The notes: generated by a model from the sequence alone, not told the origin. A stretch of 63,118 bases of DNA, filler included, from Octopus bimaculoides (GCF_001194135.2; 4 parts of 2 records of this genome joined end to end with filler, not necessarily neighbours in it); one strand, 5' to 3'; numbered from the whole stretch's first letter, positions 27,783 to 40,197 are shown. A program made the numbers and translations.

Positions 27783-30690
27783 CATCATCATCTTCATTAT
27801 CATCATCATCATGTAGAGTTGTAGCAACAACCTACCGTCTTTCTGCTTAGTCGGGTCGTAATTGTCAAATATGGCCAATAAATTATGCTTCAGCCAACAT
27901 TCTCATTGAAACATATTGATAGATTTATTTTTCCTTCTTCGAAACACATCTAACCAACGCTACATTGACGTGTATTTAAGCCAATTGCTCGTGTATAAAT
28001 AACTACATTATTGTTATTGTTTCGTGGGGAAAATTGAGCTACTTCCTACCGCTCTATGCATTTCAGACAATGCGTATTGATGACGCATATTCAAGCTAGA
28101 CGAGCGATATGAAATACTAAAACCTCTTATATCAGGATTCAGTTTTTTCCGGAGAATTTTATTTTGTATTATCTCTCTGGAAACATTACAATATAATTGC
28201 ATTTGGTAACATAGTAGATTGCAAATAATAGTTTTGACTACAACGAGAACTTAACAAGGTAAGCAATTTTCTAGTGAGTGTTTTAACAAAGTTATCATTT
28301 TTGTTGTATCATCTACGTTACCAACAAAATTATATGAACAATATAACAAAACAAAGCAAGCAAATTTCAGAATTTGCTTAAAATAAAATAGTTGTAAATG
28401 AACTAGAGCAATAATATTATTTGGCTTTGTTTTTGTTTTTTCTTTTTTGTTTTGTTTTCTTTGTTTATTTTTTCACTTGAAATGTACGATATTCGATAAA
28501 TATCTTGGTTTTCCTAAAATAGCAATAAAGGCAAGTTTTTGCTAATAAAACAGTATAATCTATATTGGCTTCTATGAAAATAACGTGTTCAGTAGGGCAT
28601 AAAATCATAAAGATATGTTACAGGAAACCAACAAAACATTAATAAGTAAAGAAAAATAGTGTCAGGATATTTTTTATAATATTTTTAAGATCGTCGAAGG
28701 AGTGATTCTTGATAGTTTTTTTACTGTTAAGTGTTACCATATAATTAAGATAACATATATATATAAGACCCCCATACATACATACATACATACATACATA
28801 CATACATACGTATGGAGGAAATGATGATAGCGACCTCAATGTTTCGCAGATTGTGGTTCCTTCAGAGGGTCTGACAAACCCAAGACCGACGAAACTTCGA
28901 GGTCACTATCAACTTTTTCTTTGTAAAAACAAATTTGATCTCCTACTTAAATGAATAGAGTGATCCTTCAATAACTACGACACTTCGCATGATGGAGACT
29001 GTAGAAGAAAAACAGCCGCGTGTCTTTGAGTGATGTACATTTGATCCTACTCGTCCCCGAATCCCGGTATCTTGAGTTATCCGTCATTCATTTAATTCTA
29101 TGAGTATAAGTCCTGCAATCTAAGTCGAAAAGATTATTTTAATCACAATTGTACAAACCTCCCAACTTATCTTTCTATTATAAATGAATTGCATCTCTCG
29201 CTTCCAAACCTGCTGATGTTAAAGTGCACAGAATTAAAATGCTGCCCAAATGAATTTTGCCTTTCATCCTTCCGGAGTTAATAAAATAACTGTAATACAA
29301 GTACTGGAGTCTGTATAATCGACAACACTTCTCTCTAGATAAGTTCTATATTACAAAAATTCAATATGCTATGTATGAGAGAAACGGTTAGATTTGGGGA
29401 AAAGATTTGTGGTGTTTTGCTAAGGGTCTTTACATTCTGATTTCAATTCCAACTACTGTCATTTTTGCTTTTCATCTTCCAAAAGCCGATATAATAAGGA
29501 TCTATCTAATAAGGTCTTGCGATTTTATATAATCGACAATATGTTTCCACCAAAATGGTTTGGTCTTACGTCTATGTTAGAAATCAATATTAATATACTG
29601 CTACTAAAAACCGACTGATCTTTCAATCAATTACTTGATTGGGGTTTATAAATAACCATCTGTGTCCCTCATTATCTCTTTCTTTTTCATGGCTATCTTG
29701 AAAGGAATTGGAGAATAATCGAGTTACTTAACACATCTTTTATGTAGCCCGAGGGAAAAGATAACTGAGTCAACCCTGACAAGAACAGAATTCGATATTT
29801 AGTCCAGATATATTTCTATATGCATATTCATACTCTTTAATGATTTGTAGAAAATTACAGTTTAATTGTTTTAATGTCTGGGAGTTAAGTGACGATTATT
29901 ATTACCACATGACATACGATACAGGCAATCGAAGACTTAATGACAGTTTCAGTTTCCTGTATAAGCTATTTTATTTTATCTATTCTTCAAATATTCCAGG
30001 AGTGGCATGAATTTCAAATTCCTACATATCTTTTCTTCTAAAATATATCAATCTTAATTAAAAAAAAAAAAAAGATATAACAAAATACAGATTCATGTAG
30101 AATTAAAAATCGGGGTTTCTCAACAAAAAAGGAATGAGTTTAAAATAGGTATCAAAGACATTTTAGGATGGAACGAAATAATTCCATTTTAAGATTTTGA
30201 AAAAGTAATCTGCGTTTCTCGTTATATACTGAAATAATGTAACTTTGAGACTGAAAATTATGTTTGATAGTTAAAACAAAACCATTGTGCATGGTTTGAT
30301 AAAATTTAGCATTGTATGTACGGGCACCACATATGTTTATTGCAGCCTTAAGCGTAAGAGTGTAAACAAAAATTGGCTTGAATCTTCGATCTTTAACTAT
30401 AGTACAATCACTTCGTAACTGAGTAATTCATTCTAACTAAATATCAGAATAGCTTCTGTTATTGTTCTGATAGAACATCAAGTTCTCTAGTATTTACACA
30501 GGAGCTCTATTTAATCTATTTCTTTACAACTTATAAGCCATTCTTTTATCTTTATCCAAACATACTCATTATAGATCATTTATTTTTGCGATTAACCAAT
30601 ACCTTGCTAGTAGAATTTAAGCAACAGGAAACTGTGGAGAAGCCTGCATACGCACATACATACATGCACACATATACACATATATATATA

Positions 30691-30758
<68 letters not shown>

Positions 30759-31560
30759 CATACACATATGTACATGTACGTATGTACGTATGCATGCATG
30801 CATGCATGTATATGAAATGAAAATGAGCTTAACAGAGGCGAATAAGGGTATATTAAATAGCATATCATATAAATTCTTAGCTTATTGAAAAGCCTATATT
30901 TCCAGAGAGTGTAAACCAATTGCTTGGTAGCAAATGCTACGAATTTGAAATGAGAAAGGTAGAAAAATTTAAAGAATTAAGGATCCTCGAACATTGACAT
31001 ATTAAGGAAAAAAACAGCCAGATTGTCTGAGCTTAAGAGGACGTGTGTGTACCTCAATAGGCATCATTAGCACACCAATTGTCATAAATTATCTTCAGCG
31101 GATGAGGCACTCAAACATATACAAAAAAAAAAAAGTAAAATACATTCATGGCCTAGGCAATTTGCATAAATGAGATCTAAAATAGCCAAGAGAAATGACA
31201 GAGAAACTAGTGACATATTTAGACAAAAAAGACAAATAAGGATAGATAATGTATAATATTACTTAAACTGAAAATGTTACTGACCGTTACTCCGAATTCG
31301 GATCCTACATTTTTTAATATTGTTATCAAAATAAGTGGGTGTCAAACACTATCAGGATATTGTTATATTGTCTGCTTAATTTTATCAGCCAGTTATTGTT
31401 ATCGAGAAGTGTCCGGCCCACAGGCATCACAATAAATGGCTGCCTCGGTATCAAGAAGAATTATTTTAAATGGAAAGAATCTAAATATATTACTGCATAG
31501 ATAGAAATAAAGAATGTGTCTCTACCAACATTTTGCCTACATCCAACAAAAGTTTAGCAT

Positions 31561-31603
<43 letters not shown>

Positions 31604-32011
31604 GCTGTTTTTTTCAATCTTTAATGTTATTTTCATTATCAGTTCATAAGTATTCTTTAGTTTTACTTTCAAACATTTCTGTTTTATTTAGTTATCTATT
31701 TTGTGAACTTCATCCAATAATAATTTAAATTCCTCGGGTTATGTCATGCTGACGATTTTTAGAACAATGAAATGGCGTTATACATGATTACCTCAGACTA
31801 GAAATTTTTAGATCTTCACAACGATCTTCCTTGTGCCTCGATTTGAAATTCAAACTTCTGGGACACTACGCAAAATGAAAAGTATATTTAGTGCATACAG
31901 CAATTCACAATTTCTAAATGTATGCCTTCATTATTCAAATTGAATGTTTAAGGAAATAAATGAACTCCTAGGATAAGATAAAAATTTAGAAAAATTTAAA
32001 TTAACATATTG

Positions 32012-32227
32012 GTTGCAAATTTTAGCACAAGGCCAGTGATTTCAGGGGAAGGGGTAAGTCGATTACATCAATGCGAGTGATCAACTGGTACTTATTTTAT
32101 CGACCACGGAAGGATGAAAAGCAAAGTCGACCACGGCAGAATTTGAACTCAGAACATAAAGACGGACGAAAGCCACGAAGCATTTTGTCCGGCGTGCTAA
32201 CGTTTCTGCCAGCTCGCCACCTTAATC
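32012..32227 (-). mobile_element. SINE family A, full-length, perfect 15-bp TSD
   Basis: TSD taaattaacatattg at 31997-32011 and 32228-32242. Lies about 300 bp upstream of the LRRC74-like exon. Confidence 0.9.
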
Positions 32228-32581
32228 TAAATTAACATATTGACGTCATAAGAACTTAGAAACTTCTAGAGAACGTTAAATAATTCGGTTTTTCTTTTGT
32301 TTTCTTTTTAACGGTTGAACTCGATGTAGGAAAAACTATAGATTATAGCATGTAAGTATCAGTTTAAAAACCCATTGCATAGAAAAGGCTGAAGTTTATC
32401 CGTAGGACTCGAACCCATATCTTCCATATTTTTTATAAATATGACAGAGTTCTCAATGTTTTGTTGTTTATTTATGTATATCATAGATCTATATCTAATT
32501 GTTTGAGTTTTTTTTCTTCAGCCCCTAAGTAGAATTGGTGTGAGGAGGACACGATTAGCAAATTTAACTTCGGAACAAAGC

Positions 32582-32717
32582 ATGTCTTCAAAGAAACCCG
32601 GAGAATCAGAAAGTGAAAGTGGTTCTGAACACTTGAAAGAATTAACATCGGAGAGCGATGCTATTGGTTTGGATATTTTTGATGATGCATTGTGGGATAC
32701 TGACTTAAACTCTGAAA
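32582..32717 (+). CDS. LRRC74: LRRC74-like leucine-rich repeat protein, first recognisable coding exon (exon probably starts at 32522)
   Basis: Strong acceptor ttttttttcttcAG (ends 32521), ATG at 32582 with A at -3, open frame MSSKKPGESESESGSEHLKELTSESDAIGLDIFDDALWDTDLNSE, donor A|GTAAGG at 32718 (phase 1). WDTDL resembles the N-terminal WDSDL motif I recall in LRRC74A/B. Phase matches the 34980 exon. Family call from memory, not a database search. Confidence 0.75.
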
Positions 32718-33769
32718 GTAAGGTTTTTGCATTTTTATTTACTATTTAAAAACTGTAATTCTTAGAACTTGAAGTCTCTAAAACAAACCTTTTTTTTATC
32801 AAAAAGTCATTTTAAGGATTACAAAAAATAAAAAAATAAAATGCTAATGAACTGAAAGAAATTATCCTTTGAACTATGTATCAAACGTTTTCCAGGGTCA
32901 TAGTAGCCCTCTACTGGTTTCAATGATGAGCATTCAATTGTTAGATAGTTCTCGAGCGTTGCTGGTAACATGTAACCCAGTACAACATGTTGCTCGGTGA
33001 GGTGGATCATTCAATAAACATCTTGCAAGACCAAAAAACAAAAACCGTCAAAGGACGGAGGAACTCATGAGAGTCAACGATGAATAGTACAACCCGTACT
33101 GTGAATCCCGACTAGTTGGGATTGGTTGTTCAACCACACTGAAGGATGATATTAAATAACATGAATTTAACATGTAAGCGGCTGAATATTCCACAGACAT
33201 GTGTACCCTTACCAAAATTCTCAAGCCGAATCGACATAATAACATATGACAAGGCTGGACACTTGAATTGCAAATACAATCCAAAGAGAAAGAGATGAAT
33301 CGCCCCTAGTACTGAACTGTATTATTTTTCATAGTTCCCAAGGTGTTGACCTTGGCGGAATTTGACCTCAAAGAACAGAGAATCGAAACGAATACCTCAA
33401 GGCATCTCATTATATCCGACACCCACGATTTTGCTATTTTGCAGTCTTCCATATATCAGCAAACATGCAGCATTAAATTAATTCAATATCTTATTAATCA
33501 AATTTAATTACGTTTTTTTAAATAATTTCAGTAATAACACAATTATATAGGTCCACTTACAACATTGTGTTCATGCACAAGTTCTAATAATTAATTTTCA
33601 TCTTAGCATACCAACCATCCAGACAGGAATTAATATATTGGGACATCCCATAAATAATGCGGTTTTTTCAATTGCATGAACTAAAAGTCGGAGGGGGACT
33701 AGATAAACTAGCTGCATCAACTTGTTATAAAAGCAGGTAGTCATTTTACCTTGTTCTTATTCTTAGTGC

Positions 33770-34700
33770 AAGTTTGTTTTGTGAGGATTGTTTTGTACTG
33801 AGGATTTTGTGTTGAGGAGTGTGTTGTGCTGCTTTGCAGCAGTTTTTGTGTGTGGCGCCATCTTTATTTGGTGGCCTTTGACGAATGAGCGAAATGAAGA
33901 GCTATGCGGCAGCAACGGAAGTCAGAGTTCTGTCGTCCCGGGTNNNNNNNNNNNNNNNNNNNNNNNNNNNNNNNNNNNNNNNNNNNNNNNNNNNNNNNNN
34001 NNNNNNNNNNNNNNNNNNNNNNNNNNNNNNNNNNNNNNNNNNNNNNNNNNNNNNNNNNNNNNNNNNNNNNNNNNNNNNNNNNNNNNNNNNNNNNNNNNNN
34101 NNNGAGGGGTCAAACACAAAGTTAACCCCACCAGACGAAGACAAGGTGAAGATGGAAAGTAGAGTGATAATTAATAGAACTTTTTCGAAAACAAAACTAA
34201 GAAACTCGAGAATGCAATGCAGGAGGAGGTGGACGAATGTCTGGAAAAATTAAAGAAAAGCAAAACGTTTTATACCAGAGGGAAAAAATACGCTTTAATG
34301 GCAGTTACCTTTTGTCTCAGAAGAGGAGGAAAAAAGACACTCCACTAAGCTGCTACATGGAGAAAAATGGACACTCCTGCCCACTTACCTGGGTAAACGA
34401 GTTACCAGAATTAGGGTGGGCAGGATCCCACCTAGAATCGATCTAGAATGGATAACAGCAGCAATTTTCACCGCAGGAGAGAAACGAGACAACGAGGAGG
34501 TGAAAATAATAATGATAAACCGAACCCAACAAGTAAATTGATGGGGGTTCGGGGTAGAAATGATTTTTATGGTGAATCAAAAAGAGTACGAAGATATACC
34601 AGAAACATTGGAGTGTTGTCTCCCGCAGCCGACCACTTGCAATGGTTCAACCGGCATTGATCTCAGTTGTCTCGTAGAACATGGAAAAAAACTTGGACAT
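33770..34700 (+). mobile_element. LINE 5' end with decayed ORF1, inside LRRC74-like intron 1
   Basis: MKSYAAATEVRVLSSR.., KLENAMQEEVDECLEKLKKSK.., LLPTYLGKRVTRIRVGRIPPRIDLEWITAAIF.. in shifting frames. No splice signals; purine-rich coding-like composition. Confidence 0.6.
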
Positions 34701-34979
34701 TCTCATTTACTCCAGACCTAACTAATAGAAAAAAACCCAGTTATTCTGATTGCTAGACTATTTTCAATGTACAAGAATTCAATTATAAAATAATTTTCAC
34801 GAACAATTTGCGGCCAGGATAGCATTTCAATTATTAATTAACACATGTTAAAAAGACATTCTTGGTATAGTTTAGTTCAGAAACTTTATGTTGGTACTGA
34901 TTATTTTATTGATTTAAATGCTCTTAATACGTAAATAACCACGACATTATTTATTTATTTATTTATTGAACCATTGTAG

Positions 34980-35149
34980 TTAAACCACCATATGACCATT
35001 CTGGACGTTCGGCCTATATTAATCGCTGTAAGAAACTTGGTGCAACACCCATTAGCTACTTCTTACGTCACATGGAAGATAACAAACTGGATTTACGTTA
35101 CCATGGATTAGGTGGCAAAGGAACGAGTGCTGTCACTCCAACACTAGCA
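34980..35149 (+). CDS. LRRC74: LRRC74-like protein, second coding exon
   Basis: Acceptor ttattgaaccattgtAG (34978-79), donor GCA|GTAAGA (35150). 170 nt, phase 1 to 0, reads (I)KPPYDHSGRSAYINRCKKLGATPISYFLRHMEDNKLDLRYHGLGGKGTSAVTPTLA. Matches the recalled LRRC74 pattern Y..C....V.P.S.FLR......L.LR..GLG..G..A....L. Confidence 0.85.
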
Positions 35150-35259
35150 GTAAGAACTTATGTACTTTAGCAAACTGTCATAATTGTGTAGTCGTCGATT
35201 GTGTGTTTATGTTGTATTTATGTATGTATGTATGTATGTATACAAACATACAAGCTTTA

Positions 35260-35850
35260 TCTAATATTATAAATGCGAAAACTGATTTCTGTGAGTCGGT
35301 GTGTCACACTTTGACTCCCCCATCTCTCACAGTTCAATGACACTTCTGCTATTGCTCATGTTGGTGTGAGAGTAATAGTAGGCATAAAGACGGTGAGGGC
35401 GGGGGCGAAAAATAACTGAGAGAGAGAGAAAGGAAAAGAGAGGGAGAGAAGGAGAGACAAAGAAATTTAGGGAGAGTTGATGATGTTTTATTAAAAGTAG
35501 TAGTGTTGATAGTGGCAGTGGGAGTAATAATAAGAGAGAGAGAAAGAGGGACTGAACACTGAACTAACATACTGAACTACCATACTGAACAAACATTGAA
35601 TTATTTTACACACACATTTACCCTATTTGTGATGGTAATGTGATGATAGTAATAGTATGAGCTGTAGTTGTGATAGAGGCGGAGGTGGCGGTGATGATGG
35701 TGGTGGCAGTGACTGTAGCCAAGGCGGTCAGGGATGATGGTGAGAGTAAGCGATGTGAAAGACAGCGGTGATGGTGGTGGAGAAGAAAGCAGCGATGTCA
35801 AAGGTATTGATGGTGGTGGCGTCTGAAGTCTGAATGGTGTGTGTGTGTGT
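35260..35850 (+). mobile_element. Helitron-type non-autonomous element, 5' end (3' end not found)
   Basis: A|TCTAATATTATAAATGCGAAA at 35259-35280 followed by microsatellite-rich cargo. The right boundary is a guess. Confidence 0.55.
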
Positions 35851-36321
35851 GGCAGATGTAATGCAGCTTTGCAATAAGTTCCAAGTCAACAAATTATTTC
35901 AATTTTGAAGAAAATTGTTCATTGCTTGAAAAATATTGTTCAATAAAATTTAATACATACTCAACGCATGAAGTGTCATTGTTGGGCCCAAGGCCTGATG
36001 AAGATCCCCCCCCCCCACGGAGCAATCTCAAAGGCCACTAGGGCGGTTTTTAAGTCAGTATATATATATAGATAGATATACATATATTCTTTTACTTGTT
36101 TCAGTCATTTGACTGCAACAAACCCGAAGGCTGTAAATTACGGCGAAGAGCGACACACATAAGTCCTTTTTTATAATAACTATAACTATATATTATTTTT
36201 ATAATAATATATGCTCCATTTAGAGCGACTAAACCTAAACAATTGAATGAAAAAAAAGACGAGTTGAACCACAATGAATTATATGGCGCCGCACACACTC
36301 GATTCAACCACATAGCCCACC

Positions 36322-36429
36322 CATCAATTTCAGTCAATTTTAATGTATAGACAATTTTAGTCTCATATATATATTTTTATATATACTAGACTAAAATTAT
36401 CTATACATTAAAATTGGCTGAAATTGATG
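36322..36429. repeat. Near-perfect inverted repeat, 42-bp arms (40/42), 24-nt TA-rich spacer
   Basis: Arms at 36322-36363 and 36388-36429, compared base by base. Confidence 0.95.
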
Positions 36430-36483
36430 TCGTGTTCAATTCCCAGTGGTTCGGTTAGGGTATACATATATACAATACGCACG

Positions 36484-36519
<36 letters not shown>

Positions 36520-37134
36520 TATATATGTATATATATATATATATATAAATATATATAGAGAGAGAATGAGAGGTAAAATCTATACACTGTGATACCCATC
36601 CAACATTACCATGAATTTGTTACCAACATGTATACATTCGCCTGTGCTGAAAGCAAATGGAGTCTGCACTTCAGAATACCTTAGCTACACTATTTATCAA
36701 GTACTTTATGCTATTGATAAGCAAATAGACGATAAGCAAATAGGCTCTACTTCCTTCGAGTATACCAATGATACAAAATTAGATAAATATAATCTATTGA
36801 TTAGCGTTCTACCCATGGCTATTTTGATATTATTGCGTTATATGTCATCCTATGATTTAGTAACGCTTGAATGATTATCGTTCTAAGTACAAATGGGAGA
36901 TTTGTTAACAGCTATTCTGTTGTCATGTTAACTTGAAAGAAGATCGTTCGTAAGTTCAGGTTTTTTCAGCATAACGTTGGAAATATGTCGGAAACACCAA
37001 AGAAGATTAAATGAAAATCTATGACATAATTATTTCGTTCACTGATGCAATAGTTTTTACTTCCTGATCTATGTTTGTAATAACAGCTTCCTGTGACCGT
37101 AAATTTATGTAATAGATAGGTGGGTTTGATTATT

Positions 37135-37403
37135 TGAATCCAGGAAAAAAGTCACAGGAAAGTCAGTGGTAAAAAGTTACAGAATAAAAAATCACTGGAA
37201 AAAAGTCATTGTGATAGAGTTTCATGATAGCGTCGGCTGGAACATTTGTCTTTAGTCAACATTAAAAAAAAAAGGGAATACATATGTAACGTCACGATAC
37301 TGTATAAGATGTTTTCAGTCTGTACATGTCCATACATTGTCAATAAATGACTGGTTTAAATTTTGTTTCATTGTCTTTTGATTAAGAAATTGAATAAAAA
37401 CTT

Positions 37404-37438
<35 letters not shown>

Positions 37439-37620
37439 GCCATCATATATAAATTGAATTCAAGTCATGTACAGTCAGTAAACTGATTTCGAATATTTTT
37501 TGTTTTAAAATTTTGTTTATAGTATTTAAATAAGATGTGACATTTTTCCAATGACTATATTTTATTAAGATTGTGACTTTTTCAGTAATTTTCTTCCTAT
37601 GACCTTTTTCCGTACACCTA
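37135..37620. mobile_element. Possible Mutator/foldback-like element with ggaaaaaagtcac sub-repeats
   Basis: Tandem ggaaaaaagtcac variants on the left and inverted gtgactttttc variants on the right, ending ccgtacacc. Confidence 0.5.
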
Positions 37621-38589
37621 TTATTTCAGTTAATATACTTAATAAACCCTAATATGGTTACTTCTGATGTTGAAAACGTTGGAAATGATTAAGCCTATCT
37701 CTATTTTTTATTATAGGTCAACATTTTAATGAAACTCCGTTTAATATTTCGTTGGCATGACACATTACTGTGCCAGATATCAGATATGAACCATCAACAG
37801 TTTGCTTAATAAGTTGTTAAATGACATCATAATTTTGGAAGAAATAATATAGCGATACAGGTTAAAACTTACTAAATCGGGATTCTTTAATCCGGCAGTT
37901 CAGATTGTTTGTGACAGTGATTTGAAGCTGCTGGTCATTAGTTTGGATGAGCGCAACGTGGTCATCTGTGATGCCACAAGCGTTCCATATTGTTCATGTC
38001 TGCCAGAGTTTACTTCCAGTCAACAACAGGGGTGAAGAAAATACTCCAAGGGAGCCTCGCTCTACATGTAAAATACACACCCGTAGGATCTCGCATTTAT
38101 AAAACAGTGAGTTGAGAATCTTCGATAATTGATATTATTCATGCAATTATAAAGCAAAAATTCTCTCATGGAGTTATCTCCTAGCAAGCAAGGGAGATAA
38201 CCGAAGTATCATCAACCGATCATAATGTTCAGAAAATAAAGACGATGCAGATAGGAATCTCTTAAAAGCCAACAACTGAAAGCAACCGCAATGTGTCGAT
38301 TTAACAGTAATGTACTTGTATATCAATTAAAAAAGGAAGTTATATATGTATCCTACACTATAACATTTTTATTGATATTTTACCTTAAATATGCTTGCTG
38401 AGGGACAACTGAGAAAATAGAGTGTTGGACTCTTGAACCTTATCCTCTCAGCTATCCAATGAAACATCTTTCATTGCATCCATGCCTAAGACATTTAACT
38501 CTCACAAACGTAGTCCTCACATTGTAAAGTGATACTATGAATTTGTATTACTTGTTGCCACATGTATTAGGATTCTTAGTTAAATGATA

Positions 38590-38790
38590 AAATGGTGACA
38601 GGCTGACTGAATCGTTAGCGCGACGCACAAAACAACGGTATTTCGTCTTGTCTTTATGTTCTAAGATCAAATTCTGCTGAGGTCATCTTTGCCTTTTATC
38701 CAGTCAAGCACTAGGGTCGATGTAATCGAATAGGCCGACTCACCCTCAAAAACATTTTCAGGTCTTGTGACAATAGTAGTAAAGAAAAAA
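38590..38790 (+). mobile_element. SINE family A, internally deleted copy
   Basis: ggtgacaggctgactgaatcgttagcgcg...gatcaaattctgctgaggtcatctttgcctttt..ggggtcgatgtaatcga-like sequence. Confidence 0.75.
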
Positions 38791-38944
38791 TCACAGAAAG
38801 GATTACTTAAGAGATATTTCGTTTGTACACATTTCTAAGTTCATGTCTGCTCCACAGGCCGTGATTACGCAACTGAAAATCCATTCTCAGTGCCATCTGT
38901 CGGAGATTGTAATTGACAAGATCAAAGGTCCAGTATCATTACAA

Positions 38945-39098
38945 CGCATTATTTACATTATTTACATTTGACGGATATTTGTTCTCATCTTGTTTGTTGT
39001 TACACAACGTTTCGGCTGTTATACCCTCCAGCCTTCATCAGGCGTCTTGGGGAAATTTAGAACTAGGGTTCTCATTACTAAGTTATTTTTCGATGTTG

Positions 39099-39157
<59 letters not shown>

Positions 39158-39223
39158 GTTGTTATTATTATTATTATTATTATTATTCAGGTCACTGCCT
39201 AGAATCGAACTCGGAATCTTGGG
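38945..39223 (-). mobile_element. Family D copy (head truncated by gap)
   Basis: Close match to 7165-7430. Intact B box GAGTTCGATTCT at 39201-39212 on the minus strand. Confidence 0.85.
39002..39045 (-). ncRNA. Minimal type I hammerhead ribozyme motif (PLE type)
   Basis: RNA: GACGC CUGAUGA A GGCUG-GAGGGUAUAA-CAGCC GAAA CG UU GUGU. Intact core, 5-bp stem II, palindromic ACGU stem III, 4-bp stem I. Activity not shown. Confidence 0.7.
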
Positions 39224-39770
39224 NNNNNNNNNNNNNNNNNNNNNNNNNNNNNNNNNNNNNNNNNNNNNNNNNNNNNNNNNNNNNNNNNNNNNNNNNNNNN
39301 NNNNNNNNNNNNNNNNNNNNNNNNNNNNNNNNNNNNNNNNNNNNNNNNNNNNNNNNNNNNNNNNNNNNNNNNNNNNNNNNNNNNNNNNNNNNNNNNNNNN
39401 NNNNNNNNNNNNNNNNNNNNNNNNNNNNNNNNNNNNNNNNNNNNNNNNNNNNNNNNNNNNNNNNNNNNNNNNNNNNNNNNNNNNNNNNNNNNNNNNNNNN
39501 NNNNNNNNNNNNNNNNNNNNNNNNNNNNNNNNNNNNNNNNNNNNNNNNNNNNNNNNNNNNNNNNNNNNNNNNNNNNNNNNNNNNNNNNNNNNNNNNNNNN
39601 NNNNNNNNNNNNNNNNNNNNNNNNNNNNNNNNNNNNNNNNNNNNNNNNNNNNNNNNNNNNNNNNNNNNNNNNNNNNNNNNNNNNNNNNNNNNNNNNNNNN
39701 NNNNNNTATTGTTCAACGAATAAAGCATCTATACAATCGAATCGCGCTCTTCGTCTTGACTAATAATAAT

Positions 39771-39813
39771 AATAATAATAATGATGATGATGATGATGAT
39801 GATGATGATAATG

Positions 39814-39878
<65 letters not shown>

Positions 39879-39894
39879 GATAATAATAATAATA

Positions 39895-39956
<62 letters not shown>

Positions 39957-40010
39957 ATAATATTATCATTATCATTATTATTATTGTTATTATTATTATT
40001 ATTATTATAA
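39771..40010. repeat. (AAT)n/(GAT)n switching to (ATT)n compound microsatellite
   Basis: Direct inspection. Many other (TA)n, (TG)n, (TATC)n, (ATGT)n and (ACAG)n tracts occur throughout, e.g. 16518-16640, 19907-19968, 22123-22213, 22428-22530, 27700-27810, 50786-50856, 54706-54824, 60488-60686. Confidence 0.95.
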
Positions 40011-40197
40011 CATCGAAAAATACTTTAGGATTGAGAACCCAAGTTCGAAGTTTCCCCAAGACACCTGATGAAGGTTGGAGGGTATATCAGCCGAAACGTT
40101 GTGTTAATAACAAACAAGATGGGGACAAATATTCGTCTAATGTAAATAATGTAAATAATGTGCATAATTCCTCATCTCTTAAATATAGAACTGTATC
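40005..40197 (+). mobile_element. Family D copy, 3' part, inverted relative to 38945-39223
   Basis: catcgaaaaatactttaggattgagaaccc...cataattcctcatctcttaaatatagaactgta, same terminus as 7561-7597. Confidence 0.85.
40060..40105 (+). ncRNA. Minimal type I hammerhead ribozyme motif (PLE type)
   Basis: GACAC CUGAUGA(40065-71) A GGUUG-GAGGGUAUAU-CAGCC GAAA(40093-96) CG UU GUGUU. Confidence 0.7.

Noticed and set aside
32896-32996. Possible exon GHSSPLLVSMMSIQLLDSSRALLVTCNPVQHVA
   Set aside because: Needs a weak alternative donor at 32723. The phase-1 link 32717-34980 gives a recognisable LRRC74 sequence without it.
37861-38031. Open frame LKLTKSGFFNPAVQIVCDSDLKLLVISLDERN..
   Set aside because: No polypyrimidine tract, weak donor, no LRR pattern; the resemblance to Harbinger nucleases is too short to call.
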